Shown here piece by piece: positions 63,482 to 64,000 of a DNA stretch of 64,000 nucleotides. Positions within the stretch are counted from its first letter, which is position 1, and every line of letters starts with the position of its first letter. The translations under genes and the position numbers were made by a program. Below the pieces are notes generated by a model that did not search any database, was not told the DNA's origin, and saw nothing but the letters and a program-made list of their open reading frames with translations. The stretch is from NCBI GenBank assembly GCA_013152275.1, contig JAADGS010000063.1, forward strand, positions 1-64,000, read 5' to 3'. The stretch is from Actinomycetota bacterium. Its GTDB lineage: Bacteria; Actinomycetota; Acidimicrobiia; Spongiisociales; UBA4744.

Positions 63482-64000
63482 CACACCACCTGGGCCACCG
63501 GGTGTTGCGCGGCCCTCTTCAGCCCATAGGCTACGCCGAGTGACAGCACGGCGAGGATCACGAATACGACAAACCCCGTCGCGTATCCCGAGAGATCCGT
63601 GCCTTTGACGAAGAGACCCATCAACGGGGGAACGGCGAAGCCTCCGAAAGCGCCCAGGCCTCCGACCCACCCGGCTGCACCGCCGACCGCCTCGGGGACT
63701 TCCTGTGGTACCAGTTTGAAGACGGCGGCGTTGTTCACGCCCATGCCGATCGCCATGAGGATCTCTGCAAACAGCGAAAGCCCGACACTCGTCGAGAGCG
63801 TCATCAGCACGGCACCTGCCAGCAGCGAGGCAAGCGACAAGATGGCCGTCAGCTCTCCGCCGATTCGGTCCGCGACCGAGCCACCGACGATGCGAATCAA
63901 CGAAGCGAGGATCGAGAACGTCGCGGTGAACGCTCCCGCCGCGACAAGGGAGACCCCCAGGTACTCTTTCCAGTAGGTGGGAAGCCACGCGGTCAGGGCT
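63481..64000 (-). CDS. narK: NarK-like nitrate/nitrite MFS transporter (3' part)
   Basis: RIVGG.VADRIG, GMG..NAAVFKLVP, GWVGGLGAFGGF; 5' end outside window. Confidence 0.85.
   Translation of the reverse strand, partial: ALTAWLPTYWKEYLGVSLVAAGAFTATFSILASLIRIVGGSVADRIGGELTAILSLASLLAGAVLMTLSTSVGLSLFAEILMAIGMGVNNAAVFKLVPQEVPEAVGGAAGWVGGLGAFGGFAVPPLMGLFVKGTDLSGYATGFVVFVILAVLSLGVAYGLKRAAQHPVAQVV

Overview
High-GC chromosomal window, most consistent with an actinobacterium (probably Acidimicrobiia-like; inferred from gene content, not from a search). It opens with the 5' end of tuf preceded by tRNA-Tyr, -Thr and -Met, then membrane proteins, htpX, an S8 protease, a MidA/NDUFAF7-type methyltransferase and glgB. 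Most of the rest is a large respiratory region: an 11-subunit complex I (nuoABCDHIJKLMN, no nuoEFG); a membrane-bound group 1 [NiFe]-hydrogenase with hyp genes (hypF is separated from them by a galactoside-utilisation cluster, and hypB is not in the window); an FTR1 permease; a split-cytochrome-b Rieske complex encoded with a DsrL/GltD-like Fe-S flavoprotein and c-type cytochromes; a tetraheme lipoprotein; mobA and moaA; and a narK-rrf2-narC-narGHJI nitrate reductase operon. The most striking observation is that NarI carries a ~71-aa two-helix C-terminal extension. This extension aligns without gaps (28/71 identical, counted by hand) to a small stand-alone protein that heads the flavoprotein-Rieske/cytb operon, suggesting an undescribed module linking the two complexes. 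Other observations: a candidate Rex box, a palindromic repeat inserted in frame into the MidA gene, a recent cytochrome c domain duplication with a frameshift, heptamer repeats, and a few possible indels. No CRISPR array, transposase or integrase was seen.
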